64,000 bases of DNA. It comes from an uncultured virus (IMG/VR IMGVR_UViG_3300029258_002844). Its lineage: Duplodnaviria; Heunggongvirae; Uroviricota; Caudoviricetes. The position numbers and the translations under genes are program-made. How positions within the stretch are numbered: the first letter of the stretch is position 1; the number at the start of each line of letters is the position of its first letter. Shown here piece after piece: positions 35,996-46,384 of this stretch. The notes below the pieces were generated by a model. The model was not told the DNA's origin and searched no databases. It saw only the letters and a program-made list of their open reading frames with translations. The DNA lies in IMG/VR virus record IMGVR_UViG_3300029258_002844; one strand, given 5' to 3'.

Positions 35996-37086
35996 GCGAA
36001 TTACCTTTATGTGAATGCGGATGCGGCGGACATGTGACTAGTCCTAAAAACAGATTTATTCGTGGGCATCATATGAGAGTCCCAGAAATCATAGAGAAAG
36101 GCTGGGAGACAAGAAGGAACTCTCCTAAAATAAAAAGAGACAAACCTGAAAAGTGTGATTATGGGTGTGGTCGTAAAGCAAAATATTATTTTCCAACACC
36201 TAATAAATGGTGTTGCGAGTCTCATTGGATGAAATGTCCAGAAGGTAAGAAGCGACATCCACCTGCATGGAATAAGGGAAAAACTGGGGTTTATTCAGAA
36301 GAAGCTCTTAAACAAATGAGTGAAAGTTCGAAGGGGCATATACCTTGGCATAAAGGAAAAACAGGCGTTTACTCTGAAGAACAATTGAAAAAAATGAGTG
36401 AGTGTGCAAAAAGAGAAAATCTATCTCCAGAAACGTTGAAGAAAATGAGTGACGCCAAAAAAGGTCAAACTCCATGGAATAAAGGTATTACTGGTTTTAT
36501 ATCCGAAGAGGGATTAAAAAGTAAAAGTGAAAAAATGAAAGGTAGAACTCCCTGGAATAAAGGTAAGAAGGGATATCTTTCAGAAGAAGCTTTGAAAAAC
36601 ATTTCTGAGAGTGGTAAAGGGAGAATTCCCTGGAACAAGGGCAAAAAAGGTTTAAAAGCTTGGAATAAAGGTAAAAAGGGAATATATTCAAAGGAAACTT
36701 TAAAAGCCTTATCAAAAAATTGTAGGTTGGCAACAATCAAGCGAATACAAAACAATCTAGAAAATGGAAATCAGTTATATCCAAATTATAATCCTACTGG
36801 TTGTAAACTTATTGATGAATATGGAAATCAATACGGGTTTGATTTTCAACACGCTGAAAATGGTGGAGAATTCTTTCTTTCAAAGTTGGGATATTGGGTA
36901 GATGGTTATGACAAAGATAAGAATGTTGTAATAGAAGTTGATGAATATCATCATTTTGATGCCTCTGGAAATTTGTCAGAAAAGGATCTGCAACGACAAA
37001 CTGAAATAATAGAAGAACTTGGTTGTACCTTTATTAGAATCAAATTAGACAAAGATAGTAATATTGTTAATGTTATAAGTATGTAA
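35992..37086 (+). CDS. Homing-endonuclease-like protein: NUMOD3-like PWNKG repeats plus PD-(D/E)XK domain
   Basis: Repeated PWNKG, VDGYD...IEVDE.HH. Confidence 0.75.
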   Translation: MSELPLCECGCGGHVTSPKNRFIRGHHMRVPEIIEKGWETRRNSPKIKRDKPEKCDYGCGRKAKYYFPTPNKWCCESHWMKCPEGKKRHPPAWNKGKTGVYSEEALKQMSESSKGHIPWHKGKTGVYSEEQLKKMSECAKRENLSPETLKKMSDAKKGQTPWNKGITGFISEEGLKSKSEKMKGRTPWNKGKKGYLSEEALKNISESGKGRIPWNKGKKGLKAWNKGKKGIYSKETLKALSKNCRLATIKRIQNNLENGNQLYPNYNPTGCKLIDEYGNQYGFDFQHAENGGEFFLSKLGYWVDGYDKDKNVVIEVDEYHHFDASGNLSEKDLQRQTEIIEELGCTFIRIKLDKDSNIVNVISM

Positions 37087-37153
37087 CTAATGCGCAATGC
37101 AACGTAAAAGTTAGAACAAATTATAAACGAGCACATTGAAAGGAGTATAGAGT

Positions 37154-37834
37154 GTGGATAATGTAAAACTGATTGAGTGTATTAACACGTGGCAAGGGGA
37201 AGGTCCAGATGTTGGTCAACGGATGCTTCTATGTAGGTTTAAATATTGTAATCTACGGTGTCCTTGGTGTGACACCTTAGTAAAGATGAGAGCTCAACAA
37301 GAAGCCGAATATAACATTGAACAACTGCAAGAGATTATTGATGAGGAAAAAGTAGGGTTAATGATTACTGGCGGAGAACCAACATTCAACTCGGGTTCAC
37401 ACCGTCAGTTTACAAGCACTGTTAATATGCTTAACAACCTACAATATCCACTTGCAAACGTTGAGACAAATGGTTTTGCATTAGCAGAACTAGTATCGGC
37501 AGTTCAGTCAGAAAAACCTGTACATTATATTTATTCACCAAAGTTGTTTAATGAAAAAGATCTACAGGGCGCTATAAGCAAAATACAAATTCTAATAGAA
37601 AGTATTGATTATAGCAATGTATATCTTAAACCGGTATGTGAACCAACTGTCCAAATGACTGAGTTTTTAAAATTTCTTCAACATATTAAATTTCCAAATA
37701 ATAGAGTTTATCTCATGATACAGGGTTCATGCAGAGAAGAATTATTGACAAATTCCCCAACTGTATTTGATATGGCAGAAGAATACAAATTTAATATTTC
37801 TGGACGTTCACATTTAATTTATGATTTTGTGTAG
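37154..37834 (+). CDS. QueE-like radical SAM enzyme
   Basis: QGEG..G, CNLRCPWCDT, ITGGEP, VETNG, SPK. Confidence 0.8.
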   Translation: MDNVKLIECINTWQGEGPDVGQRMLLCRFKYCNLRCPWCDTLVKMRAQQEAEYNIEQLQEIIDEEKVGLMITGGEPTFNSGSHRQFTSTVNMLNNLQYPLANVETNGFALAELVSAVQSEKPVHYIYSPKLFNEKDLQGAISKIQILIESIDYSNVYLKPVCEPTVQMTEFLKFLQHIKFPNNRVYLMIQGSCREELLTNSPTVFDMAEEYKFNISGRSHLIYDFV

Positions 37835-38001
37835 AAGACAATGATTCCAAACACACTATATCGAATAGCGGATGAGATTGATTCAATTGCTGATAGTGCG
37901 GAGGTAGGAGCAAGAGCTCACATGAGACTTCATGACGAAGCAACGAAATTAAAAAAATTAGCAACGTTAGTTGCTACATCTGAAAGAAGGGAGAAAACAT
38001 T

Positions 38002-38295
38002 ATGGCAATACATTTGCAGGGCGTTAAAGACAAAATTATGGTAAAAGAGATTCAAGAGGATCAAGTTACAGAGGGCGGTATTATTATGCCAGAAACAGCA
38101 ACACAAAGAACTCCTCAACTTACTTGTGTTGTAATATCTGTTGGTAAAGAAGTCTCTGATGAAATTCAAAAAGGTATGACTATTTTGTGTCATCCAAATG
38201 CAGGTATGGCTATTCTTGTAGATAAAGAAATTTACAAAGTTTTGAGAGCTGAAGAAATTTACTGTACTGTAAGTCAAGACGTAGAAGGAGAATAA
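38002..38295 (+). CDS. GroES-like co-chaperonin
   Basis: DKIMV...TEGGIIMP...VISVG. Confidence 0.8.
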   Translation: MAIHLQGVKDKIMVKEIQEDQVTEGGIIMPETATQRTPQLTCVVISVGKEVSDEIQKGMTILCHPNAGMAILVDKEIYKVLRAEEIYCTVSQDVEGE

Positions 38296-38296
38296 T

Positions 38297-38533
38297 ATGA
38301 ATAATCAACTCGGACAGATACCACCTGGACAACCACAAATAACATTGCAAGATTTGGAATCTGCCACAACGAATGAATGTGAAAAGTGCAAGGGTGTTGT
38401 ATTCAATCAAGGTTTTATTATGAAAAAGACGTCCGCACTAAGTGCAGTAGGTGAACATATGGTTCAACTACCTTGTATTTACTGTGTAATGTGTGGGACT
38501 ATTATTCCGGAGTCTTGTCCATTGCCAATATAA
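38297..38533 (+). CDS. Small zinc-ribbon protein
   Basis: CEKC...CVMCG. Confidence 0.6.
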   Translation: MNNQLGQIPPGQPQITLQDLESATTNECEKCKGVVFNQGFIMKKTSALSAVGEHMVQLPCIYCVMCGTIIPESCPLPI

Positions 38534-38545
38534 GGAGAGAAGACA

Positions 38546-39373
38546 ATGATGGATTGTGTGAATATCGAAGCTACGAGTTTAGCAGATGCATGGTTTCAAA
38601 GTGTTTATACAATATTGGATCGAGGTAGAGTGTTTGTAATTAATAGGGGTTCATATGCTGGTCAAAAACGACTAGAATATGATTGGTTTACAGTTAGGAT
38701 TAAACATCCAGGAACAAGACCATTACTTCCACAAATTGAACCACATTTTGGAATTCCTAATCCAGTAGAAGATGGTTATCTTGATGATTATCTTCCTTAT
38801 CTTATGACCGCTGAATTGAAACCTGGTGAAAGTTATACATATGGACAACGTCTTTCTGGTTATCCAATTGCTTGGAATGATGTAGCAATGTATGATGAAT
38901 GTGTTAAGAATAACAACAAAGAAATTCTCATTCAAGATAAAGAAGTTTGGGAAGATAGAAAAATTATTACAACAAACCAAAAAGGTGATCAATTCTTTCT
39001 CAACCAAATTGAACTTATGATTTGGACATACAAGAACAAAGGTTATCGTAATAATCAAATGACTCTTCAAGTCGCACATCCAAGTGATATGCGACTGCAA
39101 GATCCTCCTTGTTTGAGACTTATTGATACAAGGATCCAGGATGGTAAACTCCACTTTTTTCCATATTTTAGAAGCTGGGATCTCTGGAATGGTTTTCCTG
39201 CCAATCTTGGAGGAATCCAACTACTTAAAGAATACTGTGCTTCTGAAATTGGAGTGGAGGATGGAGAGATTATTGCATCTTCAAAAGGATTGCATGTTTA
39301 TAACTACGTTTTTGAAATGGCAAAACTCTTGAGGATGAAAGAGGATATGGAGCTTAGAGATGGAGATATGTGA
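38546..39373 (+). CDS. thyA: Thymidylate synthase-family protein
   Basis: YTYGQR, PPCL, FRSWD...GFPAN, LHVY. Confidence 0.8.
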   Translation: MMDCVNIEATSLADAWFQSVYTILDRGRVFVINRGSYAGQKRLEYDWFTVRIKHPGTRPLLPQIEPHFGIPNPVEDGYLDDYLPYLMTAELKPGESYTYGQRLSGYPIAWNDVAMYDECVKNNNKEILIQDKEVWEDRKIITTNQKGDQFFLNQIELMIWTYKNKGYRNNQMTLQVAHPSDMRLQDPPCLRLIDTRIQDGKLHFFPYFRSWDLWNGFPANLGGIQLLKEYCASEIGVEDGEIIASSKGLHVYNYVFEMAKLLRMKEDMELRDGDM

Positions 39374-40187
39374 TTATGGTTGTGGAGAACCAGCATCATA
39401 TACTTTTAAAAATGGAAAAAAGTGTTGTAGTAAATCACATAACAGCTGTCCAGCATTTAAGAAGAGAAGAAAACAAATACCATGGAATAAAGGAAAAATA
39501 GGAGTTTATTCTGATAAAACAATTAAGAAAATGAGTGAAGTACGAAAAGGTTCTAATGGATACTGGATAGGTAAAAAACGAGATGTTGAGACCATTCGAA
39601 AAATAAGTGAAAACCATGCAAACGTTTCTGGAAGAAAAAATCCAAATTGGAAAGGTGGGTATTCTAAAAGAAATATTCCTAGATATGAAAATTTTGTAAA
39701 TAAATTAACAATTGAAGAAGATCCACAACCAGACCAAAAAGATAAAGAAATATTAACAGTAGTATGTACACATTGTAAACAACGTTTTATACCGTTATTA
39801 TCTGCTGTTCAAGAACGAGTTAGAGCTTTAAATGGAAAACAGCTTGGAGAACAAAGGTTATATTGTTCTAAAAAATGTAAACAAGAGTGTTCAATTTTTA
39901 ACAAACATACTTTACAAAATGGACATCCAAAATTAGAACAAGAATGGAAAAACACAGAAGGATATAATATTTGGCGGCAAGAAGTTTTAAAACGAGCAAA
40001 CTATAAATGTGAATATTGTGGTGAAAAAGCTACAATAGCTCATCATATAAGACCTCAAAAGTTAGAACCATTTTTTTCCTTTGATCCAGATAATGGCATT
40101 GCTTGTTGTAGCAAATGTCATTACAGATACGGTCATAAAACAGGAACAGAATGTTCAACAGGAAATTTAGCTTCTAGAATTTGCTAA
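39360..40187 (+). CDS. HNH endonuclease (CxYGCG module, NUMOD3-like)
   Basis: CDYGCG...CCS...CP; CEYCG...AHHI...DNG..CC..CH. Confidence 0.8.
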   Translation: MEICDYGCGEPASYTFKNGKKCCSKSHNSCPAFKKRRKQIPWNKGKIGVYSDKTIKKMSEVRKGSNGYWIGKKRDVETIRKISENHANVSGRKNPNWKGGYSKRNIPRYENFVNKLTIEEDPQPDQKDKEILTVVCTHCKQRFIPLLSAVQERVRALNGKQLGEQRLYCSKKCKQECSIFNKHTLQNGHPKLEQEWKNTEGYNIWRQEVLKRANYKCEYCGEKATIAHHIRPQKLEPFFSFDPDNGIACCSKCHYRYGHKTGTECSTGNLASRIC

Positions 40188-40204
40188 ATTATGGAGATCA
40201 ACCA

Positions 40205-40921
40205 ATGGAGACTAAAATTGACATTGATAAAAAGTTTTTTGATGTATCCTTTCCGTTATTAGACAAGTTCCGAGAAATGGCTCCTGGGAGCTTCAAACAT
40301 TGCCAAAATGTTGCTAATATTTGTGAAGCTGTAGCAAATGAACTTGATTTAGATATTAATGTTCTTAAGGTAGCAGCACTTTATCATGATATTGGCAAAA
40401 TGAATAACCCGTTGTACTTTTCAGAAAATCAACCCGAGAACGAAAATATACATGATACGCTAGAACCATTTGTATCGTACCATATGATTACCAGACATGT
40501 TGGAGATAGTGTATTACATTTACTCCAAACCCCTGGTATTCCTATGGAAGTAATTGAGGTTGTGAGTCAACATCATGGAACAACTCTTTTACAGGTATTT
40601 CATGCTAAAGCAAAAAGTGAACCAGAAGATAAATATCGTTACAAATGCTCAACACCAACATCTGGTGAAGCAGCAATATTAATGATTGTTGATGGAGTAG
40701 AGGCAATGGCAAGGTCGTTGTATAATAGCGACAATTGTCCTGAAGATTTTATTAAGAAAGCTATTAGCGGTACTGTAGAAAGATTGGTCGAGGATGGACA
40801 GCTGGACAGTATGAAAATCGGAACTCTCAAGAAAACAAAAATGGTTCTAACAAAAGAATTGGAGAGTATCTATCATAAGCGAGTTTCATACGAGCCAGAT
40901 GAGAAAATTACTGAGAGTTAA
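40205..40921 (+). CDS. Stand-alone PgpH-like HD phosphodiesterase domain
   Basis: APGS..H, YHDIGK...P.YFSENQ, QHHGT, YRY, EAAILM.VD..EA..RS. Confidence 0.75.
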   Translation: METKIDIDKKFFDVSFPLLDKFREMAPGSFKHCQNVANICEAVANELDLDINVLKVAALYHDIGKMNNPLYFSENQPENENIHDTLEPFVSYHMITRHVGDSVLHLLQTPGIPMEVIEVVSQHHGTTLLQVFHAKAKSEPEDKYRYKCSTPTSGEAAILMIVDGVEAMARSLYNSDNCPEDFIKKAISGTVERLVEDGQLDSMKIGTLKKTKMVLTKELESIYHKRVSYEPDEKITES

Positions 40922-41047
40922 ATCGGCGTCCGGCGTCTTCGCAGGCGTCGGACTTATTTAGAATCATTCAATAAACCCCCCCTGAAATTTTTCCTTACCC
41001 CTGTAACAAATTATAAAGGGTAAGCGCCACCAACGTCGGAGGAGAAT

Positions 41048-42439
41048 ATGTCACAATATACATTAGCAGGTTGTGAAACACTTTGGAATTACTTTAAACA
41101 CGAACTACAAACCGTATTAACATTAGAAGAATTACAAGCATTTTTACATTTAGTCGAATCAGATTTTTTACATTCATTTGGTCAGAATTTTAAAGGAAAG
41201 TTTGCACCCCATTTGAAGAGTGAGATTCATCTTCTAAAATCTTGTAGAAAGTTATATCAAGGGTGTAAGTTAATTTACGACTCTGGTGGATATCAAATTT
41301 CAATCAACAAACTACCAAAACAAGATCTTCCAGAATTTACAGAAATGTATTATAACCAATTCCTTGGGGAATATCATGAAGATATAGATCGTGCATTTAT
41401 ACTTGATCTTCCTCCTGGTCCTGGTTGTGAAGCTTTTGAAAATTTTGATGAACTTTATGAGTTGAATAAAATTTCTTATTTACTAGCAAAGAATTTACCG
41501 CCAGAAATTAAGAAAAAGATTGTATACATTCATCATTTTCGTTCACCAAAATTATTTCTAGGGTCAACAAGATTAATGAGAGAAGAAAATCTTTTTGATG
41601 AATTTCAATATCATGGCACAGGTGGTCTTGTAGCAAATCAATCAACTGATACAAAAGTTTCCTATTTAATTTCTTCATTTCCTTTAGTACAACTTTTGAA
41701 TGAATGTATACGGTTTAAAAGAACAAGTCTAGATTTTCATGTTTTGGGTAATGCAACATTCAAAGATATTTTATTTTATCAGCTCATGGAACATCATATT
41801 AGACACGTCCATGGAATCAATGTAAGAATTGGTTTTGATAGTTCTGGTTTGTATGGTGAAGTCATGACTGGAAGGACAATTAGAACTATTGATAAAAATT
41901 TCAATGTATCAAAAATTAATTTGAAAGAAGCTTACATGGATCACAGGTTTATTGGAAGTAAAAGTCAAACAAACCGACAAAAATTAAATGAAGTTATTTT
42001 TGAAATGTGTGAAGAGACAGGCCTTAAACCACCTCCAGAGCAAATTATGCATGACGTATATTATACTGCTGAGGATAAAAAGAAAGATGGATCTATAAAA
42101 TATGTTAGAAGATTTCATCCTATTGTTAGACTATACATTGCTTTGTACTATTTATATAGTTATGCTCGAGCAACAAAATTGTCAACACCAATTGCTGAAG
42201 AACTTTATGACGCGTATACCAAAGATCTTGGGTTGTTTAGTCAGGGTCTTGGTGAATTTACTCGTAGAGCAAACTTTGGTAAAATTACAAGAAAACAAAA
42301 ATTGAAGTCAGAGGGTCTTGACAACACTTTAAAACTTCTTACACATCTCAATGAGGAAAGAGTCTTTCAACTAATCAGGCAATATCTGGGTTCAGATGAA
42401 TTTGAAATGCCAGGAGATAGCAAACTGTTAAAGATATGA
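41048..42439 (+). CDS. TGT-fold transglycosylase (DpdA-like candidate)
   Basis: YDSGGYQ, ILDLP, FHVLG, FDSS. Confidence 0.6.
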   Translation: MSQYTLAGCETLWNYFKHELQTVLTLEELQAFLHLVESDFLHSFGQNFKGKFAPHLKSEIHLLKSCRKLYQGCKLIYDSGGYQISINKLPKQDLPEFTEMYYNQFLGEYHEDIDRAFILDLPPGPGCEAFENFDELYELNKISYLLAKNLPPEIKKKIVYIHHFRSPKLFLGSTRLMREENLFDEFQYHGTGGLVANQSTDTKVSYLISSFPLVQLLNECIRFKRTSLDFHVLGNATFKDILFYQLMEHHIRHVHGINVRIGFDSSGLYGEVMTGRTIRTIDKNFNVSKINLKEAYMDHRFIGSKSQTNRQKLNEVIFEMCEETGLKPPPEQIMHDVYYTAEDKKKDGSIKYVRRFHPIVRLYIALYYLYSYARATKLSTPIAEELYDAYTKDLGLFSQGLGEFTRRANFGKITRKQKLKSEGLDNTLKLLTHLNEERVFQLIRQYLGSDEFEMPGDSKLLKI

Positions 42440-42756
42440 AATTAAAAGAAGGCGAACATATCTGTCATAAGTGTGATGGAAAAGGTAGTTGGTACGAAGA
42501 GACTGAGTTTGGTGATCTACATACCACTTGTACATGGTGCTGGGGAAATGGAAAAGTCGACTGGATAGAGAATGTTGTCGGAGTCCAAAATCCATTCGTA
42601 TTTGATTCGTCTAGTATTACTGTGTCATTACATTCTAGTCAACCACCATCAGCACAACCAGGTGATTTATTTATAGATAATACAGATTCTAGTGTGGTAG
42701 TATTGATGCAATATGATGGTCAGAAATGGAACGTTGTTGAGGACGTTGTAACATAA
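42436..42756 (+). CDS. DnaJ-type zinc-finger small protein (DW.ENVVG family)
   Basis: CHKCDGKG...CTWCWGNGKVDWIENVVG. Confidence 0.7.
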   Translation: MKLKEGEHICHKCDGKGSWYEETEFGDLHTTCTWCWGNGKVDWIENVVGVQNPFVFDSSSITVSLHSSQPPSAQPGDLFIDNTDSSVVVLMQYDGQKWNVVEDVVT

Positions 42757-42775
42757 TTTAAAAGGAGTTAACCCT

Positions 42776-44281
42776 TTGATTACCGAATCATTTTTGAATG
42801 CTTGTTTTAGTCTAATTTTTAATGACAAGATTAGGGTAAAGAAAAATAAAGCTCTGTATAGAGATATTTTGTCCATCCTAGATTTTCAAGAGAAGAAAGA
42901 CAAGCTCGATATTCCGATGACAATTAAAAACAAATTTGATTGTCTTAGGAAAGTGGCAGAATTGAAGCTCGACGACAGATCTAATAAGAGTGTATTTGAT
43001 AGTCTTATGTCAGAGGGTAAGTTTCTTACGTTAGCAGATTACATAGAAACAAAAATAGAACATGAAACTGTAGCTGAATCAGATGCTGTAGATTATGTAC
43101 GTCAAATAAGGCTTCGGAAAAAAGTTAATTCTTTATTTTCAAACTATGATGAACTTAGTAAATTTATGGAGCAAATCAAAGATGGATCCTTTGATGCGAT
43201 TGACGATCTCGTTGTTGATTATGAAACTATTGTCAAAACACTTTACACAAATATGATGGAAGAGAATAGAGGTGTTGCTATTGAAGCATCTGCATCTCTT
43301 GATCTAGTGGATGATGATTTTGAATCTGTTGTTACTATGATTAAAAGAAAGTATGAACGACAGAATACAATTCCAACTGGTTTTACTATTTTAGACAATG
43401 AAGTTTTTAGAGGCGGACTAGAACCCTCTCGTTTGTATATATTTGGTGGAGCATCCGGTTCAGGTAAATCAACTTTAATTAACAATATGATGATTAATGC
43501 TGCAACCAGTCAACTACAATCTGTTGATGGTAAAACGGAGGAATCACCACCCATAAAAAACGGAATTAATAAAGTTTATATAAGCATAACATTGGAAAAT
43601 ACAATTGAAGAATCACTGCTTCGATGTTATCAAAATATGTTTGGTAAAAATGCAACCCAAGCACTTTCAGATATTACAAATGGTGTCAACATTAAACAAG
43701 CTTTCATGAGTCGATTGAAAGATACAGGTAGTACAATTATCATGAAGTACTTTCCTGCATATTCAATTAGTGCTCTTGATGTTATGGCTGTGTTAGATGA
43801 TGTCATTGCTGAATATGGCAAAGATGCTATTAGAGGGTTATATATTGATTATCTTGATCTTTTAAGAACTGATGTTAAATATGATTTATATCGTTTAGAA
43901 CTTGGTCATATTACAATGGCTCTTAAAACAGTAGCAGTAACATATAACATCCCCATAGTAGTTCCCACCCAACTTGGACGATCAGCATATCGTATCCAAG
44001 ATTCTAGTAGTTTGAATTTGGACCAAATTTCAGAAGCTATCAAGAAAGTTGAGCACTCAGATTTTGTTGCTTTGATGAGTAAAGATCCTACTAACGATAA
44101 ATTAGTACATATGAAGGTAGGAAAAAACAGAGGTGGAAAATCAGATGTTTCAATGGATTGGGAAGTGAATTTTGAACATTATTCTTTTGTAACAGGTAAA
44201 AAGTTATCTAATGCCAAAAAAGCAGACGGAACTGGAACAGACGACAGAGTAACAGAGTTCGGAGGTCTCCTCTCAATTTAG
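42776..44281 (+). CDS. DnaB/gp41-like replicative helicase
   Basis: TGF..LD...GG, GASGSGKS, TLE, IDYLDL, TQLGR, KNR.G. Confidence 0.9.
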   Translation: MITESFLNACFSLIFNDKIRVKKNKALYRDILSILDFQEKKDKLDIPMTIKNKFDCLRKVAELKLDDRSNKSVFDSLMSEGKFLTLADYIETKIEHETVAESDAVDYVRQIRLRKKVNSLFSNYDELSKFMEQIKDGSFDAIDDLVVDYETIVKTLYTNMMEENRGVAIEASASLDLVDDDFESVVTMIKRKYERQNTIPTGFTILDNEVFRGGLEPSRLYIFGGASGSGKSTLINNMMINAATSQLQSVDGKTEESPPIKNGINKVYISITLENTIEESLLRCYQNMFGKNATQALSDITNGVNIKQAFMSRLKDTGSTIIMKYFPAYSISALDVMAVLDDVIAEYGKDAIRGLYIDYLDLLRTDVKYDLYRLELGHITMALKTVAVTYNIPIVVPTQLGRSAYRIQDSSSLNLDQISEAIKKVEHSDFVALMSKDPTNDKLVHMKVGKNRGGKSDVSMDWEVNFEHYSFVTGKKLSNAKKADGTGTDDRVTEFGGLLSI

Positions 44282-44301
44282 AAATAAAAATAGGAGAATA
44301 T

Positions 44302-45420
44302 ATGAAACTATGTAATTATTGTAAAGAGAGAGAAGGTAAATACATTCAAACAAGTGGGAAATTTTGTTGTGAACCTCATTACAACTCATGCCCAGCAGTT
44401 TTGTCTAAAATAAAACAAAAAAATAAGAAGAAGAAACCTACAAAAATAATACGACCAAAACCAGACGTTTGTGATTATTGTAAAGAGAATCCCCCTATCT
44501 TTTATTTTAAAACAACAAATAAATGGTGTTGTGAAAAAAATGCTAGAACATGTCTAAAGAAAAAAAGATTAAAAGAAAGAAAAAGACCAAAACCCAATTT
44601 TTGTGAATATGGATGTGGGGAACAACCAAATTTTTACATAAAAACATCTAACAAATGGTGTTGCTCAAAAAACGTAAGACAATGTCCTGAACAAAGAAGA
44701 TTAAACAGTATTAGGACTACTATTGCAATGAACAAAACTGAAGTTCGACAAAAAAATTCAGAGGCCCAAAAAAGGTTATGGAATGATCCAAACAGTAGTT
44801 ACAATTCTAAAACTAGAAGTAAGAAAATTAGTGAATCATTAACCGGAAAAACATATAATACAGGACGTAAATTAGTTGAAGACTTTCAAAAAGATTTTCC
44901 TTTGTTTTGTAAAGTAGAAGAAATAAGAAATCATCCTAAAACACAAGAAATTCAAGTACATTGTAAAAATCATTTATGTAAAAACAGTAAAGAAAAGGAT
45001 GGTTGGTTTACACCTAATAGAAGTCAGTTATATGATAGAATATGGGCGTTAGAAAATGATGACGGTAATGATCAAAGATTTTTTTATTGCTCTGAAATTT
45101 GTAAGCAAACATGTCCTTTATATTCATTTCGAGTTGACATATTTTTTAAAACACCAAGTCCAAAATTGCCATATACACAATCAGAATATAATACATGGAG
45201 ATTGCATGTATTAGAAAGTGATGATTATACATGTGTCTATTGTGGCGAAACCGCAGAGCATGCCCACCATATTCAACCAATCAAATTAGAGCCTTCCTTC
45301 TCACTAGATCCAGATAACGGTATTTCAGTTTGTTCTACATGTCATTTTAAATACGCTCATAAAGATGAATGTAGTACTGGTAATTTAGCAAAAATCAAAT
45401 GTAAGAAACAATCTGCTTAA
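44302..45420 (+). CDS. HNH endonuclease with repeated Cys modules
   Basis: Three C.YC/CC modules; CVYCG...AHHI...DNG..VC..CH. Confidence 0.8.
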   Translation: MKLCNYCKEREGKYIQTSGKFCCEPHYNSCPAVLSKIKQKNKKKKPTKIIRPKPDVCDYCKENPPIFYFKTTNKWCCEKNARTCLKKKRLKERKRPKPNFCEYGCGEQPNFYIKTSNKWCCSKNVRQCPEQRRLNSIRTTIAMNKTEVRQKNSEAQKRLWNDPNSSYNSKTRSKKISESLTGKTYNTGRKLVEDFQKDFPLFCKVEEIRNHPKTQEIQVHCKNHLCKNSKEKDGWFTPNRSQLYDRIWALENDDGNDQRFFYCSEICKQTCPLYSFRVDIFFKTPSPKLPYTQSEYNTWRLHVLESDDYTCVYCGETAEHAHHIQPIKLEPSFSLDPDNGISVCSTCHFKYAHKDECSTGNLAKIKCKKQSA

Positions 45421-45506
45421 AAGTTTCCTCCTCATTTAGAACATAATACAAAGGGAATATTTAATAGTGGTCCATGTATTATGGAAATAACTAAGGAGGA
45501 AATACA

Positions 45507-46313
45507 ATGAGTGCAAAAGTTAGTTACATGAAGCTTCTTAAAGAAGCCATTTCTGAGTTCGATACTAGTAAAAGTGTTGATGTTAAAGGTCCAATGCTAG
45601 ATCCAATTCTATCTTACAAAGGTGGTGGAGAACTGCCGACGCATAAGGATGCTGCTTCAATCCTTGAACGATATTATTTTCAAGAAGACGAAGACAGAGG
45701 TGTATCCGTAAACGAGGATACACTAGCAGCCGATGACAATGAGATCGATGCGATTCCCGGCAAAGACCCTCAAGCAACAAAGAAAGACATTGAGGATGAA
45801 GTAACTGAGGGCGAGGAAGTAACTGAGGCGGAAGAGGAAGATGAAGAAGAACCAGCGGAAGTTGAACAAGAAGGTTCTGCTATCGTTGATTTGGAAAATT
45901 CCGTCATCGAAAAATTGATCGGTGAGATGGAAGACGAAGCCGGTGACGAAGAAGTTGAAGAATCCAACAACTTTGCTGGCGACGAAGGTGAAGGGACAGA
46001 AGCTGCTGGAACAGGCAATGCTGATGACCAAGTACCTGACCGTAAAGACATTACTAAAGAACAAGACGAAGAAGAAGGTGATGAAGAGGAAGAAGTCGAC
46101 CTCGATAAGGGTGTTAAATCTGAAGGCGCCCTCACTAAAGCCAGAACACGTAATGATTATGACGATGTCTATGACAACGGTAATGTAGAAGAAGCCTTCC
46201 AAATCTTTAAAGAACAAATTCTAGAAGAAGCTGATGAAGAAGATGAGGAAGAAGAGGAAGCTGAGGAAACAACTGAGGCTTTCGACTTTGATAGCGACGA
46301 AATTCTAGTTTAA
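45507..46313 (+). CDS. Highly acidic protein (probable head scaffold or internal protein)
   Basis: Glu-rich, AAGGAGG RBS, start of head module. Confidence 0.55.
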   Translation: MSAKVSYMKLLKEAISEFDTSKSVDVKGPMLDPILSYKGGGELPTHKDAASILERYYFQEDEDRGVSVNEDTLAADDNEIDAIPGKDPQATKKDIEDEVTEGEEVTEAEEEDEEEPAEVEQEGSAIVDLENSVIEKLIGEMEDEAGDEEVEESNNFAGDEGEGTEAAGTGNADDQVPDRKDITKEQDEEEGDEEEEVDLDKGVKSEGALTKARTRNDYDDVYDNGNVEEAFQIFKEQILEEADEEDEEEEEAEETTEAFDFDSDEILV

Positions 46314-46324
46314 TCGATATTCGA

Positions 46325-46361
46325 ATCAAGCGGATTCCAACTGGGGTCCGCTTGATTTTTT
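46325..46361 (+). terminator. Intrinsic terminator
   Basis: ATCAAGCGGA...TCCGCTTGAT-TTTTT. Confidence 0.75.
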
Positions 46362-46384
46362 CGAATTGAGAAAGGAGATATTTC

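Noticed and set aside
45723..46217. Antisense ORFs over acidic genes (also 49659-49966)
   Set aside because: Shadow frames of Glu-rich coding sequence.
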